From positions 1 to 51,320 of the forward strand of contig CAZTMX010000002.1 in assembly GCA_964614855.1 (NCBI GenBank): DNA of 51,320 nucleotides, in the 5' to 3' direction. Below, piece by piece: positions 9,460 to 18,554 of this stretch. Under the pieces are notes generated by a model that was given only the letters and a program-made list of their open reading frames with translations, was not told where the DNA came from and did no database searches. Both the position numbers and the translations under genes were made by a program. This DNA comes from an uncultured Anaerolineaceae bacterium. GTDB lineage: Bacteria > Chloroflexota > Anaerolineae > Anaerolineales > UBA4823. Every line of letters starts with the position of its first letter. The stretch's first letter is position 1.

Positions 9460-10746
9460 ATGGCAGAATTAATTAATGCATTTCAAATGGCTCAAGCACA
9501 ATTCGATCACGTCGCGGAACAGTTGAACCTTGATCCGCAGGTCTCTCAAATTCTTCGTTGGCCGTCCAGAGAATTCAAATTCCAGGTACCTGTTCGCATG
9601 GATGACGGCTCAATCAAAGTATTCTCAGGTTATCGGGTCCAGCACAACGATTCTCGCGGCCCATGCAAAGGCGGCATCCGATTCCATCCTTCTGAAACCT
9701 TAGATACCGTGCGTGCCCTGGCTATGTGGATGACCTGGAAATGCGCCGTGGCAGATATTCCGTTGGGAGGCGGTAAGGGCGGCGTTCCGGTTGATCCTTC
9801 CACGCTCTCGATCAGTGAGAAAGAAAAGCTGTGCCGCGGTTGGATTGATCAGATGTGGCGCAATATCGGCCCTCGCCAGGATGTCCCGGCTCCGGATGTC
9901 GGCACAACACCCCAGATGATGGGTTGGATGATGGATCAATATTCTAAGCTGGTTGGTCAATATACACCCGGTGTGATTACTGGTAAACCGGTTGGCGGTG
10001 GTGGTTCCCTTGGTCGTAAAGAAGCGACCGGTTTTGGCGTAATTTACACGGTACGTGAAGCCATGAAGCATCTCAGGCTCGACCCGGGCAAATCTGTGGC
10101 TGCCATCCAGGGCTTTGGCAATGTGGCGCAATATGCCGCCATCGGTTTCAAGAACTTCCTGGGCGGCAAGGTTGCCTGTGTATCCTACTGGGATCGTGAA
10201 GATCGCGTGTCCTACACAGTAAGCCATCCGGACGGCATTGACCCGGTTTTCCTGCAGTCTGCCACAGACCAGTACGGATCCATCGATAAAAGCAAAGTGC
10301 GCAAGGCAGGATATGTCATCGAGGACGGCGATGCATGGATCAGCAAAGACGTGGATGTGTTGATCCCGGCAGCTTTGGAAGGCCAGGTGAATGGCGAATC
10401 GGTCAAGCGCATCAGCGATCGTGTACGCGTGCTTGCGGAAGGCGCCAACGGCCCGACCACTCCAGAGGCCGATGCCGTGCTCAAACAAAATAACGTCTTT
10501 GTCGTCCCGGACTTCTTGTGCAATGCCGGTGGGGTTACCGTGTCTTATTTTGAAGGCGTTCAAAATGACATGAACTTCTACTGGACGCGTGATGAAGCGC
10601 TGGAAAAACTGGATACCAAGATGACCCAGGCCTTCAAGAGCGTATTAGAAATGTCCGAAGGCGAGAAGGTGTATATGCGTGATGCTGCCTACATGGTGGC
10701 AATCAAGCGCGTGGTCACCGCCATGGAGCTGCGCGGCTGGATTTAA
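9460..10746 (+). CDS. gdhA: Glu/Leu/Phe/Val-family glutamate dehydrogenase
   Basis: 428 aa with a catalytic-region KGGIRFHP block, GGGKGG, and the Rossmann motif IQGFGNVA. A strong AGGAGGAAAGG RBS lies upstream. Confidence 0.9.
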   Translation: MAELINAFQMAQAQFDHVAEQLNLDPQVSQILRWPSREFKFQVPVRMDDGSIKVFSGYRVQHNDSRGPCKGGIRFHPSETLDTVRALAMWMTWKCAVADIPLGGGKGGVPVDPSTLSISEKEKLCRGWIDQMWRNIGPRQDVPAPDVGTTPQMMGWMMDQYSKLVGQYTPGVITGKPVGGGGSLGRKEATGFGVIYTVREAMKHLRLDPGKSVAAIQGFGNVAQYAAIGFKNFLGGKVACVSYWDREDRVSYTVSHPDGIDPVFLQSATDQYGSIDKSKVRKAGYVIEDGDAWISKDVDVLIPAALEGQVNGESVKRISDRVRVLAEGANGPTTPEADAVLKQNNVFVVPDFLCNAGGVTVSYFEGVQNDMNFYWTRDEALEKLDTKMTQAFKSVLEMSEGEKVYMRDAAYMVAIKRVVTAMELRGWI

Positions 10747-10771
10747 ACCAATCCCCTTTCTGACTGAAATC

Positions 10772-10813
10772 CCCCCTTATCCTTTATCGAGAAATAGGTT
10801 AAGGGGGTTTTTT
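10772..10813 (+). terminator. rho-independent terminator after gdh
   Basis: CCCCCTTATCCT (10772-10783) pairs with AGGTTAAGGGGG (10796-10807) with one mismatch, followed by TTTTTT (10808-10813). Confidence 0.8.
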
Positions 10814-10834
10814 ATTCCTATCCCAAATTGCGCA

Positions 10835-10843
10835 TGGTAAAAT
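10835..10843 (+). promoter_or_regulatory. extended -10 element TGgTAAAAT upstream of dnaN (promoter candidate)
   Basis: Read directly. It lies about 50 nt upstream of the dnaN ATG at 10893. The -35 is weak (TTCCTA at 17-nt spacing). Confidence 0.35.
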
Positions 10844-10892
10844 AACATATTAATTGCAAACACAACTGAAAAAACCAGAGAGGACGGCCAAG

Positions 10893-12038
10893 ATGAAAAT
10901 TACTGTTCTACAAGAAAACCTGGCACGGGGTGTGAGTATTGTCTCGCGCGCTGTTTCCCCACGCAGTACCCTCCCTGTTCTGGCGAATATCCTGTTGGCA
11001 ACGGATGAAGGCCGTCTGCGCCTGTCGGCGACAAACCTGGAACTTGGGATCACGTGTTGGATTGGGGCAAAAATCGAAGAGGAAGGCTCTACAACCGTGC
11101 CCGCGCGCACCTTTGCCGATCTTATCGGGACACTTTCTGATAAGAATGTGGATATGACGCTGAATGTGCGCACCCAATCGCTCAATTTGCGCTGCGGGCC
11201 GTCGGTTACCGACATCAAGTGCATTGATGCCCAGGAGTTTCCTCCCATGCCGGTAGCAGATCTTTCGCAAGGGCTGCAGATCAACATCGCTGACGCCAAA
11301 GAGATGATCCAGCAGGTCGCCTTTGCGGCCTCCGCTGATGACGCTCGACCGATTCTGACCGGTGTTTTGGTTACAGTGAACGGCGATAATATCACCATGG
11401 CTGCAGCCGATGGCTTTCGCCTTTCGGTGCGGCGTGCGCATATCTCCTCTCCAGTGCAGCGCCCGTTGAAGGCGGTTATCCCTGCCAGCGCTTTGCGTGA
11501 ACTGGCGCGTATTGCGTCGGATGGCGACCAGGCATTATCGTTGGTGCTTCCCCCGGGGCGTGGACAGGTGATTTTCAGATTGCGTGATATTGAGCTGGTC
11601 TCCCAGTTAATCGAGGGAAACTTTCCTGACTTTGAGCAAATCATCCCCCGGCGCTGCGATACACGCGCTGTGGTGAACACAGCATCTTTCCTGAAGTCCT
11701 GCAAACAAGCAGAGGTCTTTGCCCGGGAAGGTTCGCATATCGCCCGAATTGATATCCAACCCGGTTCAGAGCTCCAGCCTGGCACAGTGGAAATATCCGG
11801 GCAATCCGAAGAAACCGGGCACAGCCAAAACGTCGTGGATGCGACCATTGAAGGATCGCAGCTGCTGATTGCTTTTAATGTGCGTTTTCTGCGCGAAGTA
11901 CTCGAAGTGATTAAGACGCCCAATGTAGCCCTGGAAACATCGACGCAAACCAGCCCCGGGGTCATCCGGCCGGTGGGCGCGCCCGATGGGCAGGGCGAAT
12001 TTATCCATGTTATTATGCCCATGCACCTGGGCAGCTAA
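10893..12038 (+). CDS. dnaN: DNA polymerase III beta sliding clamp
   Basis: MKITVLQENLARGVSIVSRAVSPRSTLPVLANILL... is a typical DnaN N-terminus and the length is 381 aa. The ATG at 10893, with a GAGAGGA RBS, is preferred over the upstream in-frame start at 10854. Confidence 0.9.
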   Translation: MKITVLQENLARGVSIVSRAVSPRSTLPVLANILLATDEGRLRLSATNLELGITCWIGAKIEEEGSTTVPARTFADLIGTLSDKNVDMTLNVRTQSLNLRCGPSVTDIKCIDAQEFPPMPVADLSQGLQINIADAKEMIQQVAFAASADDARPILTGVLVTVNGDNITMAAADGFRLSVRRAHISSPVQRPLKAVIPASALRELARIASDGDQALSLVLPPGRGQVIFRLRDIELVSQLIEGNFPDFEQIIPRRCDTRAVVNTASFLKSCKQAEVFAREGSHIARIDIQPGSELQPGTVEISGQSEETGHSQNVVDATIEGSQLLIAFNVRFLREVLEVIKTPNVALETSTQTSPGVIRPVGAPDGQGEFIHVIMPMHLGS

Positions 12039-12064
12039 TTTTTGAACCAATTTACACGGATCCA

Positions 12065-12100
12065 GGTTAGCGCTTCGTCTCAAGAGGGTGCTAACCTTTT
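12065..12100 (+). terminator. hairpin plus short T-run after dnaN (weak terminator or attenuator)
   Basis: GGTTAGCGC (12065-12073) pairs with GTGCTAACC (12088-12096) including one G-T pair, then TTTT. It sits only 25 nt before the next start codon. Confidence 0.45.
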
Positions 12101-12125
12101 GTGCATTATTTTTGGATAACCGCCT

Positions 12126-14453
12126 ATGGCATTATCTCCTGCCTCCTCAGATCGCACGCTGTCGATATACCTCTCCCTGGCGCAATACCCAATCCTGGCC
12201 ACGCAGATTCGCTCGCGCATGCGCCGCGAATTATTCAGCCGGGGTGTGATCAAGAAGCAGACCTTTGAGGCTGAAGCGCGTGAAAAAGCCATCCGTTCCC
12301 AGGCATTGGAGGGTTTGCACGATCCGTTTTCTGAGGAACCTGCGGATGTCTGGGACTTACGTCTGTCTCGGGTGAAGGATCATCTGACAGATTTTTACTT
12401 TGCCTATAACCTGCCCTATGATTTGTTCGAAAAGATCGTAAAAGATGCGCTGGCTGAGCGCGGCGCAGGTATGGCGGATTTCCAGGTTTCTTTTAACCCG
12501 GAACTGGCGCCGCAAAACATGCTGTTTGAGCAGGCAATGGCCATTGAAAAAATGCCGCCCGAGATGCGCGTACAACACGAGGCACACCTGCAAGAAATCA
12601 AGGTGGTTTTAATCCGTACCTTGATCAGCGACCAGCTGGCATATCTGAAAATCGCCAAAGATTGGTTTACCATCAGCGATTTGAATGAAATTCGGACACA
12701 TAAAGTCGGGCAGGGTAAAATCGGCGGGAAGGCTGCCGGTATGCTGCTTGCGGCGCGAATTTTATATGAAGCTGGCGACGAAGACATCCGCTCCTCCCTG
12801 AGGCTGCCAGAATCCTACTTCCTGGGTGCAGATATCACTTACACTTTTATGGCGCTTAACAGCCTGATGCACTGGGGAGATCAGAAATACAAGCTTGAAG
12901 AGCAGATTCGCGCCGATTATCCCCTTATCCAAAGGGAATTTTTGAGCGGTGAGTTCCCCCCCGATATCCTGGAAAAATTCCGCAATTTGCTCGCACAGAT
13001 CGGTGATAAACCGGTTATTGTGCGCTCTTCAAGTCTGTTGGAAGACAACTTTGGCACCTCCTTTGCCGGGAAATATGAAAGTTATTTCTGTCCGAACCAG
13101 GGTAAGCCATCTCAAAACCTGCGCGACTTTACCCGGGCGATCATCCGTATTTATGCCAGCATCTTCAATCCAGATGCCCTGTTGTACCGCCGAGCCAAGG
13201 GGTTGCTGGACTACGATGAACGCATGGCAGTTTTGATCCAGGTGGTGCAGGGAGAAAAATACGGGCATTATTATTTACCCCACGGCGCGGGGGTGGCTTT
13301 CAGCCGCAATCTCTACCGCTGGTCCCAGCAAATTCGCCGGGATGATGGTTTTATGCGGCTGGTATGGGGGTTGGGTACGCGTGCGGTGGACCGTGTTGGC
13401 AATGACTATCCCCGGCTGGTGGCCCTCAGCCACCCGCTTTTGCACCCGGAAGCCTCCCCGGTTGCAATTCGCCGTTATTCCCAGCAGTACGTGGATTTGA
13501 TCGACCTGGAAAACAACGAGATGAACATCCTCCCGGTGCAGGAGGTAATGGACCCTCGCAACCCGATCGCCCGCTATATTGTGCAGGTGGATCTGGGAGG
13601 TTATCTCAGCCCGCTGCGCATGTCTTTGAGTGATGTGGAAAAAGAGAACCTGGTAATCACTTATGATGAATTGCTGCGCCGGACGCCGCTGGCAAAGCGG
13701 ATGACCCGCGCTTTGCAGCTCTTGGAAGAAAAATACCAATCGCCGGTAGATACCGAGTTCACTATCGAAATCGTCAACCCGAGCAGCACTACACCGGATG
13801 TGCTCATCTCCTTGCTTCAATGCCGGCCTCAAAGCCATCTTAAAGAGAGCGAAGCGCTGTTGCCAAAAAACCTGCAGGAAAAGGATCTCATTTTTTCCAC
13901 CCCGCGCATGGCACCCGAAGGGCGGGTGCGCGAAATCAAGTATGTATTGTTTGTGCCGCCGGAAACCTACTTCAGCCTGGAGACCCCTGCAGAACGGGCA
14001 GAACTGGCTCGCGTCATAGGCAAATTAAACAAAGAGCTCAAGGACCAGACCTTTATCTGCGTCGGTCCTGGTCGCTGGGGGACAAATAACCCAGACCTGG
14101 GGATAACAATCGGTTATTCAGACATTTATTACTCACGTGCGCTGGTTGAGCTAACCGGCGAGGGGATTGGCAATGCCCCGGAAGCCTCTTTCGGTACACA
14201 TTTCTTTCAAGACCTGGTTGAGTCGAATATTTACCCCCTGGCGATTTACCTGGAAGATGAAGAGGCGGTTTTCAACCGGGATTTCTTCTACCAGACCCCC
14301 AACCAGCTGCTTGATTTCCTGCCGGATGAAGCGATTTGGCTAGATTACTTACGCTTGATCGAAGTTTCAAGCTTTCGCAGCAACACCCATCTGGAACTTA
14401 TCATGGATGACGAAGAGGGGCGTTCAGTGGCTTTCTTGGAGCAGAACTCATGA
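12126..14453 (+). CDS. PEP/pyruvate-binding (PPDK_N ATP-grasp) domain protein with uncharacterised N- and C-terminal regions
   Basis: 775 aa. The central blocks GGKAAGMLLA, VIVRSSSLLEDNFGTSFAGKYESY, MAVLIQVV, AGVAFSRN, VWGLGTRAVD, VDTEFTIE and LLQCRPQ match the nucleotide-binding domain of PEP synthase and PPDK. I see no GGxTSHAA-type phosphohistidine motif. Confidence 0.8.
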   Translation: MALSPASSDRTLSIYLSLAQYPILATQIRSRMRRELFSRGVIKKQTFEAEAREKAIRSQALEGLHDPFSEEPADVWDLRLSRVKDHLTDFYFAYNLPYDLFEKIVKDALAERGAGMADFQVSFNPELAPQNMLFEQAMAIEKMPPEMRVQHEAHLQEIKVVLIRTLISDQLAYLKIAKDWFTISDLNEIRTHKVGQGKIGGKAAGMLLAARILYEAGDEDIRSSLRLPESYFLGADITYTFMALNSLMHWGDQKYKLEEQIRADYPLIQREFLSGEFPPDILEKFRNLLAQIGDKPVIVRSSSLLEDNFGTSFAGKYESYFCPNQGKPSQNLRDFTRAIIRIYASIFNPDALLYRRAKGLLDYDERMAVLIQVVQGEKYGHYYLPHGAGVAFSRNLYRWSQQIRRDDGFMRLVWGLGTRAVDRVGNDYPRLVALSHPLLHPEASPVAIRRYSQQYVDLIDLENNEMNILPVQEVMDPRNPIARYIVQVDLGGYLSPLRMSLSDVEKENLVITYDELLRRTPLAKRMTRALQLLEEKYQSPVDTEFTIEIVNPSSTTPDVLISLLQCRPQSHLKESEALLPKNLQEKDLIFSTPRMAPEGRVREIKYVLFVPPETYFSLETPAERAELARVIGKLNKELKDQTFICVGPGRWGTNNPDLGITIGYSDIYYSRALVELTGEGIGNAPEASFGTHFFQDLVESNIYPLAIYLEDEEAVFNRDFFYQTPNQLLDFLPDEAIWLDYLRLIEVSSFRSNTHLELIMDDEEGRSVAFLEQNS

Positions 14454-15097
14454 AGCGTTTTATTGCAGTGGCAGGAAATATCGGCGTCGGTAAATCGACC
14501 CTGGTCGGTATGTTATCAAAAAGGCTGGGATGGCAGCCTTTTTATGAGCCCGTGGCGGAAAACCCATATCTGGCAGATTTCTACCATGACATGCGCGCCT
14601 GGGCGTTCCATTCCCAGATATTTTTTCTGACCCGCCGTTTGCGCGCTCACAGGCAGTTGCTTGATCACCCCACCTCAGCCATTCAGGACCGCAGTGTGTA
14701 TGAAGATGCCGAAGTTTTCGCCCACAACCTTTACCTGCAGGGTTGGATCGATGAGAGGGATTATAAATCCTACACAGAGTTGTACCAGGTTTTGTCCGAA
14801 TTCTTGCCGCCGCCCGACCTGGTGATTTACCTGCGCGCTTCTGTATCTACCCTGGTGGACCGCATCCAGTTGCGAGGACGCGATTACGAACGCCGGATTT
14901 CGACAGAATATTTGGAACAATTAAACGCGCTTTACGATAGCTGGATCACCCACTTCAGCCTGTGCCCGGTATTGACTGTGCCGGCCGATAACCTGGATTA
15001 CGTGGCCAATTCGGGTCACCTGGATCTAATTGTGTCCAAGGTGCAGGACAAGCTGGTGGGTAAGGAAGAGGTTGTCTTTAACCCGGACGAGATGTAA
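14450..15097 (+). CDS. deoxynucleoside kinase (dAK/dGK/dCK family)
   Basis: 215 aa with the P-loop AVAGNIGVGKSTL, a DRS motif (QDRSVYED) and an Arg-rich lid (IQLRGRDYERRI). Its start overlaps the upstream stop (ATGA at 14450-14453), and a GGAG RBS lies 8 nt upstream. Confidence 0.85.
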   Translation: MKRFIAVAGNIGVGKSTLVGMLSKRLGWQPFYEPVAENPYLADFYHDMRAWAFHSQIFFLTRRLRAHRQLLDHPTSAIQDRSVYEDAEVFAHNLYLQGWIDERDYKSYTELYQVLSEFLPPPDLVIYLRASVSTLVDRIQLRGRDYERRISTEYLEQLNALYDSWITHFSLCPVLTVPADNLDYVANSGHLDLIVSKVQDKLVGKEEVVFNPDEM

Positions 15098-15150
15098 ACC
15101 CGCGCCGCATCCCAGGATGATAAGTTTTGCGGTTCGCTGGTGAGAACCCA

Positions 15151-16302
15151 CTACCTTTTGGGTTCTTTCAGTTGCTCCCCATCCAGGGTTCCCAGGGGCA
15201 TACCGCACGCTTTACAAAAATTGCTATCGCGTGTATTTACTTTCCCGCAATTGTTGCAGGTGTTTTTCTTTTTCTTGCCTGCGGGTAATAGGCGGATTTT
15301 GGGTTTTGGTAGGTGAAGGCGCGGCCTATTTTTGATCAATTTTCCCGCTGCATTCCTGCCTTTTGCCAGCGCCTGGGTGTACAGGTCTTGCATCTGGCTT
15401 TTTGAAATATGCTTTCCAGTGAGGTACCATTGGTTGACTGCATGGCCCACCACATACGTCCCGGCATAGGATACGGCTACTTTTGGCACGATGCCCCAGA
15501 CTGGGATCATACCGACCAGGCTGCGAGCCAACTGCCGCCAGATAAAGCTGCTGCCCAACACGCTGCCAAATTCGCCCACGTAATCTTGCCAGCGGGTGGA
15601 ATAGCCCAGCGCCAGCCCGAGTTTGTAAACAAGATATGCCTGCGTCTTGGTCAAGACCACCGCATCTGCCACTGTAATCGGCAGGTTGAATACGCCCACA
15701 GTTTCAGCCAGGCCTGTGCTGAGTGCATAGGCGGCATTTGAAAAGCAAGTGTCGTTGATCAGGTATTGGGAGATTGAGGAGCGGAAAAGCGGGAAATTTC
15801 TGCCCAGGCTCAAGATTTTATCCGGCAGCAACTCGATCACAGCTGGGGCGAAGGTTTTTAAGAGGAAATCGCTGTCCAGGGCGGATCCCCAGGCTACCCT
15901 GCGGCGGCGCTGGCGCGTCCACGGGCTGATGCTTGTTCCATCACCGGCATGGGCAAACTGGTTGATAAAGACTAATGTTTTCTTATCCGAGTTCGCCCAT
16001 CCTTGTACCAGTTCTTGCTGCAGGCTGGTATCGCTATCATCATCGCGCACCACCAGGATGATCAGGTCCGCATCCAGCTCAACGCTGGCTTTTTCCAGGT
16101 CTATGATTAATATAGGTGCATCTGTCTCAGCACCCAAGCGCGCCGGGTCGCGGCGCATCTGGTTTGCCAGTGTGTGCCTGCCCGAACCCGGCGCCCCCAC
16201 CAGGACGATGCGCACATGCTCCAATGCCTGCTGCTGGATGGGTTTTAGATCGATTTCTTTGATCGTGGAAAGGCTTTCGCTTAACAGGGGGAACTTTGCC
16301 AT
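15151..16302 (-). CDS. hypothetical protein: degenerate P-loop NTPase-like domain, hydrophobic DUF697-like segment, basic linker and C-terminal zinc ribbon
   Basis: 383 aa. The Walker-A-like sequence is VGAPGSGRHT, with Arg-His where GK[ST] is expected. A central hydrophobic region follows (NAAYALSTGLAETVGVFNLPITVADAVVLTKTQAYLVYKLGLALG), then a KKKKN linker and CNNCGKVNTRDSNFCKACG. A GAGGTGA RBS precedes the start. Confidence 0.7.
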   Translation of the reverse strand: MAKFPLLSESLSTIKEIDLKPIQQQALEHVRIVLVGAPGSGRHTLANQMRRDPARLGAETDAPILIIDLEKASVELDADLIILVVRDDDSDTSLQQELVQGWANSDKKTLVFINQFAHAGDGTSISPWTRQRRRRVAWGSALDSDFLLKTFAPAVIELLPDKILSLGRNFPLFRSSISQYLINDTCFSNAAYALSTGLAETVGVFNLPITVADAVVLTKTQAYLVYKLGLALGYSTRWQDYVGEFGSVLGSSFIWRQLARSLVGMIPVWGIVPKVAVSYAGTYVVGHAVNQWYLTGKHISKSQMQDLYTQALAKGRNAAGKLIKNRPRLHLPKPKIRLLPAGKKKKNTCNNCGKVNTRDSNFCKACGMPLGTLDGEQLKEPKR

Positions 16303-16442
16303 GGATCACCTCACTACGCTGATTCTATCATGACCTGGCGGGGATATTTTCCTGTGATTTGCATTGCACCAGCAAGGGATGTGAGAGTACAATGGGACAG
16401 GTTTCTTTTCGCAATTTTCTGTTTCACACCAAGGAGATAGCT

Positions 16443-17090
16443 ATGGATGCAGAATTTCTACAGGCGATGGCGCAAAGTATCATCGATGGCGATGCAGAGG
16501 CAGCAGAGGCGCTGGCCCGGCGTGTGGTTGAACTGGGGCTGGACCCGCTGCAGGCTATTGATAAGGGATTTGTTATCGGTGTCAACCATGTGGGGGCGGA
16601 GTTTAATGACGGCAATGCCTACCTGCCCGAACTGGTGATGGCTGGCGAAGCCATGAAGGCTGCCGTCAATATCCTGGAACCGGAGATGGCGCGCCGCGGC
16701 TCGGCGCGTGAGATGCTGGGTAAGGTGGTGATCGGCACCATCCATGGGGATATCCATGATATCGGCAAAACGCTGGTCGCCACCATGCTTTCTTCTGCCG
16801 GTTTCCAGGTGTACGACCTGGGTGTGGATGTGCCTGTGCAGGCGATGCTGGACAAGGCAATTGAGGTCGGCGCCGATATCATCGCTGTCAGCTCCTTGCT
16901 CACCACCACCATGGTGCGCCAGCATGATCTGATTGAAGCGCTGGATGATATTGGCTTGCGCGGCAAGGTCAAAGTGATGGTCGGAGGCGCGCCGGTGACA
17001 ATGGAATGGGTGAAAGAGATCGGCGCAGATGGATACAGTGAAGATGCCATCGGTGCAGTGGCTGTAGCCCGGCAGTTGTTGGGCAAATAG
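16443..17090 (+). CDS. cobalamin-binding corrinoid protein (MtgC/MttC-like methyl carrier)
   Basis: It has an N-terminal helical cap domain and a B12-binding Rossmann domain with the DxHxxG motif (HGDIHDIGK). The ATG at 16443, with an AAGGAGA RBS, is preferred over the upstream in-frame start at 16359. Confidence 0.9.
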   Translation: MDAEFLQAMAQSIIDGDAEAAEALARRVVELGLDPLQAIDKGFVIGVNHVGAEFNDGNAYLPELVMAGEAMKAAVNILEPEMARRGSAREMLGKVVIGTIHGDIHDIGKTLVATMLSSAGFQVYDLGVDVPVQAMLDKAIEVGADIIAVSSLLTTTMVRQHDLIEALDDIGLRGKVKVMVGGAPVTMEWVKEIGADGYSEDAIGAVAVARQLLGK

Positions 17091-17099
17091 GCGGCAGTC

Positions 17100-18554
17100 A
17101 TGTTCGAAAAAATTAAGTCTATCACCAACCCAAAACTAAAGCTGGAAATCCTGAGTAAGGATGAAGTCCAGCGCATCCATACCGCAACTCTGGATGTCAT
17201 CGAACAAACCGGGGTCAGGTTCCCATCCAACAAGGCGCTGGATATCTGGCAGGCGCACGGCGCCCAGGTGGACCGCAGCACGGGGGTTGTCAAAGCCCCC
17301 GGTGCGCTGATCGAGCAGGCTCTGAAAAGCGCCCCAACAGCCTACACCCTGGCGGCGCGCGAGGCAGCGCAAGACCTGCCGTTGGACGGCAACCATGTGT
17401 ATGTTGCCACCGACGGTTGCGGGGTGGAAGTATTGGATATCCATTCGGGCGAGCGCCGGCGTTCTCGCCTGCAGGATGTGGCGGATATCGCCCGCGTGGC
17501 AGATGCACTGGAAGAGATTGCTTTCCACTGGGTGGCGGTCTCCGCCCAGGATTGCCCGCCGCAGACGCGCGGTTTACACGAATTGCGTGCCATCTGGCAG
17601 AACTCGACCAAGCATGCCCAAACCGAAAGCGTCTATAACGAACAGGAAGCACTGGCTGCGGTGGAAATGGCAGCCACCATCGCCGGCGGTCGCCAGGCCT
17701 TGCGGGAGCGCCCGCCGCTTTCCTTAATGCAATGCAGCGCCCCGCCTTTGGGGCACGACGGCGGCAGCCTGGACGCCGCCCTGGTTGGGGCGGAAGCCGG
17801 TCTGCCGGTGGGTTTTATGACCATGGCCTCCTGCCTGACCACCGGCCCGGCCACCCTGGCGGGCACGCTGCTGGTGGGCAATGCCGAGGTGATTGCCGCC
17901 ACCGCGCTGATCCAGCTGGCATATCCAGGTGCGCCTGTGTTTTATGCCGCCGCCCTGACGGCTTCCGATCTGCGCAGCGGGGCATATACCGGCGGCGGTC
18001 CGGAGGATTACCTCTTTGGCGCAGCCACCAATGTGCTGGCCGATTTCTACAACATCCCGCTGTCCATGGGTTCTTTTGCCACCGGCGCCAAGCAGCCGGA
18101 TTGGCAGGCGGGTATCGACAACAGCCTGTCCACCTTTATGGCCAGCGTGGTGATGTCGGATATGCTGCTGGGGGTGGGTCTGCTGCACGGCAGCCGCATC
18201 TGGTCGTACCCCCAGATGCTGATGGATTGCGAGATATTCTCCATCATTCACAAAATGATGCAAGGGATTGTGGTCGATGACGAGACCCTGGCGCTGGAGG
18301 CGATCCATGCCGTCGGTCCGGGCGGGAATTTCCTCAGCCAGAAGCATACCCGCAAGCATATGCGCGAAGTGTTTATGCCGCGCTACATGGACCGGCGCCC
18401 GTACAATGCCTGGGAAGAGAAACAGGACGGCGCACAAGATTGGGCGTTGGCAGAAGCGCGCCGGCTGCTGGCTGAACACCAGCCAAAGGCATTGGACCCG
18501 CAATTAGACAAAGAACTGCAGCGCATTATTGCCGCTGTTGAAAGGGCAGCCTGA
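17100..18554 (+). CDS. MttB-superfamily (trimethylamine methyltransferase family) protein, non-pyrrolysine type
   Basis: 484 aa. The N-terminal LSKDEVQRIHTATLDVIEQTGVRF...GERRRSRLQDVAD and the overall length are typical of COG5598. There is no in-frame TAG. Confidence 0.85.
   Translation: MFEKIKSITNPKLKLEILSKDEVQRIHTATLDVIEQTGVRFPSNKALDIWQAHGAQVDRSTGVVKAPGALIEQALKSAPTAYTLAAREAAQDLPLDGNHVYVATDGCGVEVLDIHSGERRRSRLQDVADIARVADALEEIAFHWVAVSAQDCPPQTRGLHELRAIWQNSTKHAQTESVYNEQEALAAVEMAATIAGGRQALRERPPLSLMQCSAPPLGHDGGSLDAALVGAEAGLPVGFMTMASCLTTGPATLAGTLLVGNAEVIAATALIQLAYPGAPVFYAAALTASDLRSGAYTGGGPEDYLFGAATNVLADFYNIPLSMGSFATGAKQPDWQAGIDNSLSTFMASVVMSDMLLGVGLLHGSRIWSYPQMLMDCEIFSIIHKMMQGIVVDDETLALEAIHAVGPGGNFLSQKHTRKHMREVFMPRYMDRRPYNAWEEKQDGAQDWALAEARRLLAEHQPKALDPQLDKELQRIIAAVERAA

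Noticed and set aside
9700-10563. 287-aa ORF on the minus strand
   Set aside because: It is antisense to glutamate dehydrogenase. The composition is biased (His/Arg/Cys) with no motifs, and long antisense ORFs opposite GC-biased conserved genes are a known artefact.
10850-12022. 390-aa ORF on the minus strand
   Set aside because: It is an exact antisense shadow of dnaN. Its Ser/Arg/Cys/Thr-rich low-complexity translation has no recognisable motifs, whereas the plus-strand product is an unmistakable sliding clamp.
16303-16442. Possible cobalamin riboswitch upstream of the corrinoid protein gene
   Set aside because: The spacer is only 140 nt and is shared with a divergent gene. I see no B12-box-like element, so a riboswitch is not supported.
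16619-18503. 224-aa and 259-aa minus-strand ORFs, plus many 60-180-aa ORFs on both strands
   Set aside because: They are shadows of the corrinoid and MttB genes. Their Arg/Pro/Gly-rich translations are typical of out-of-frame reading of GC-rich coding DNA.
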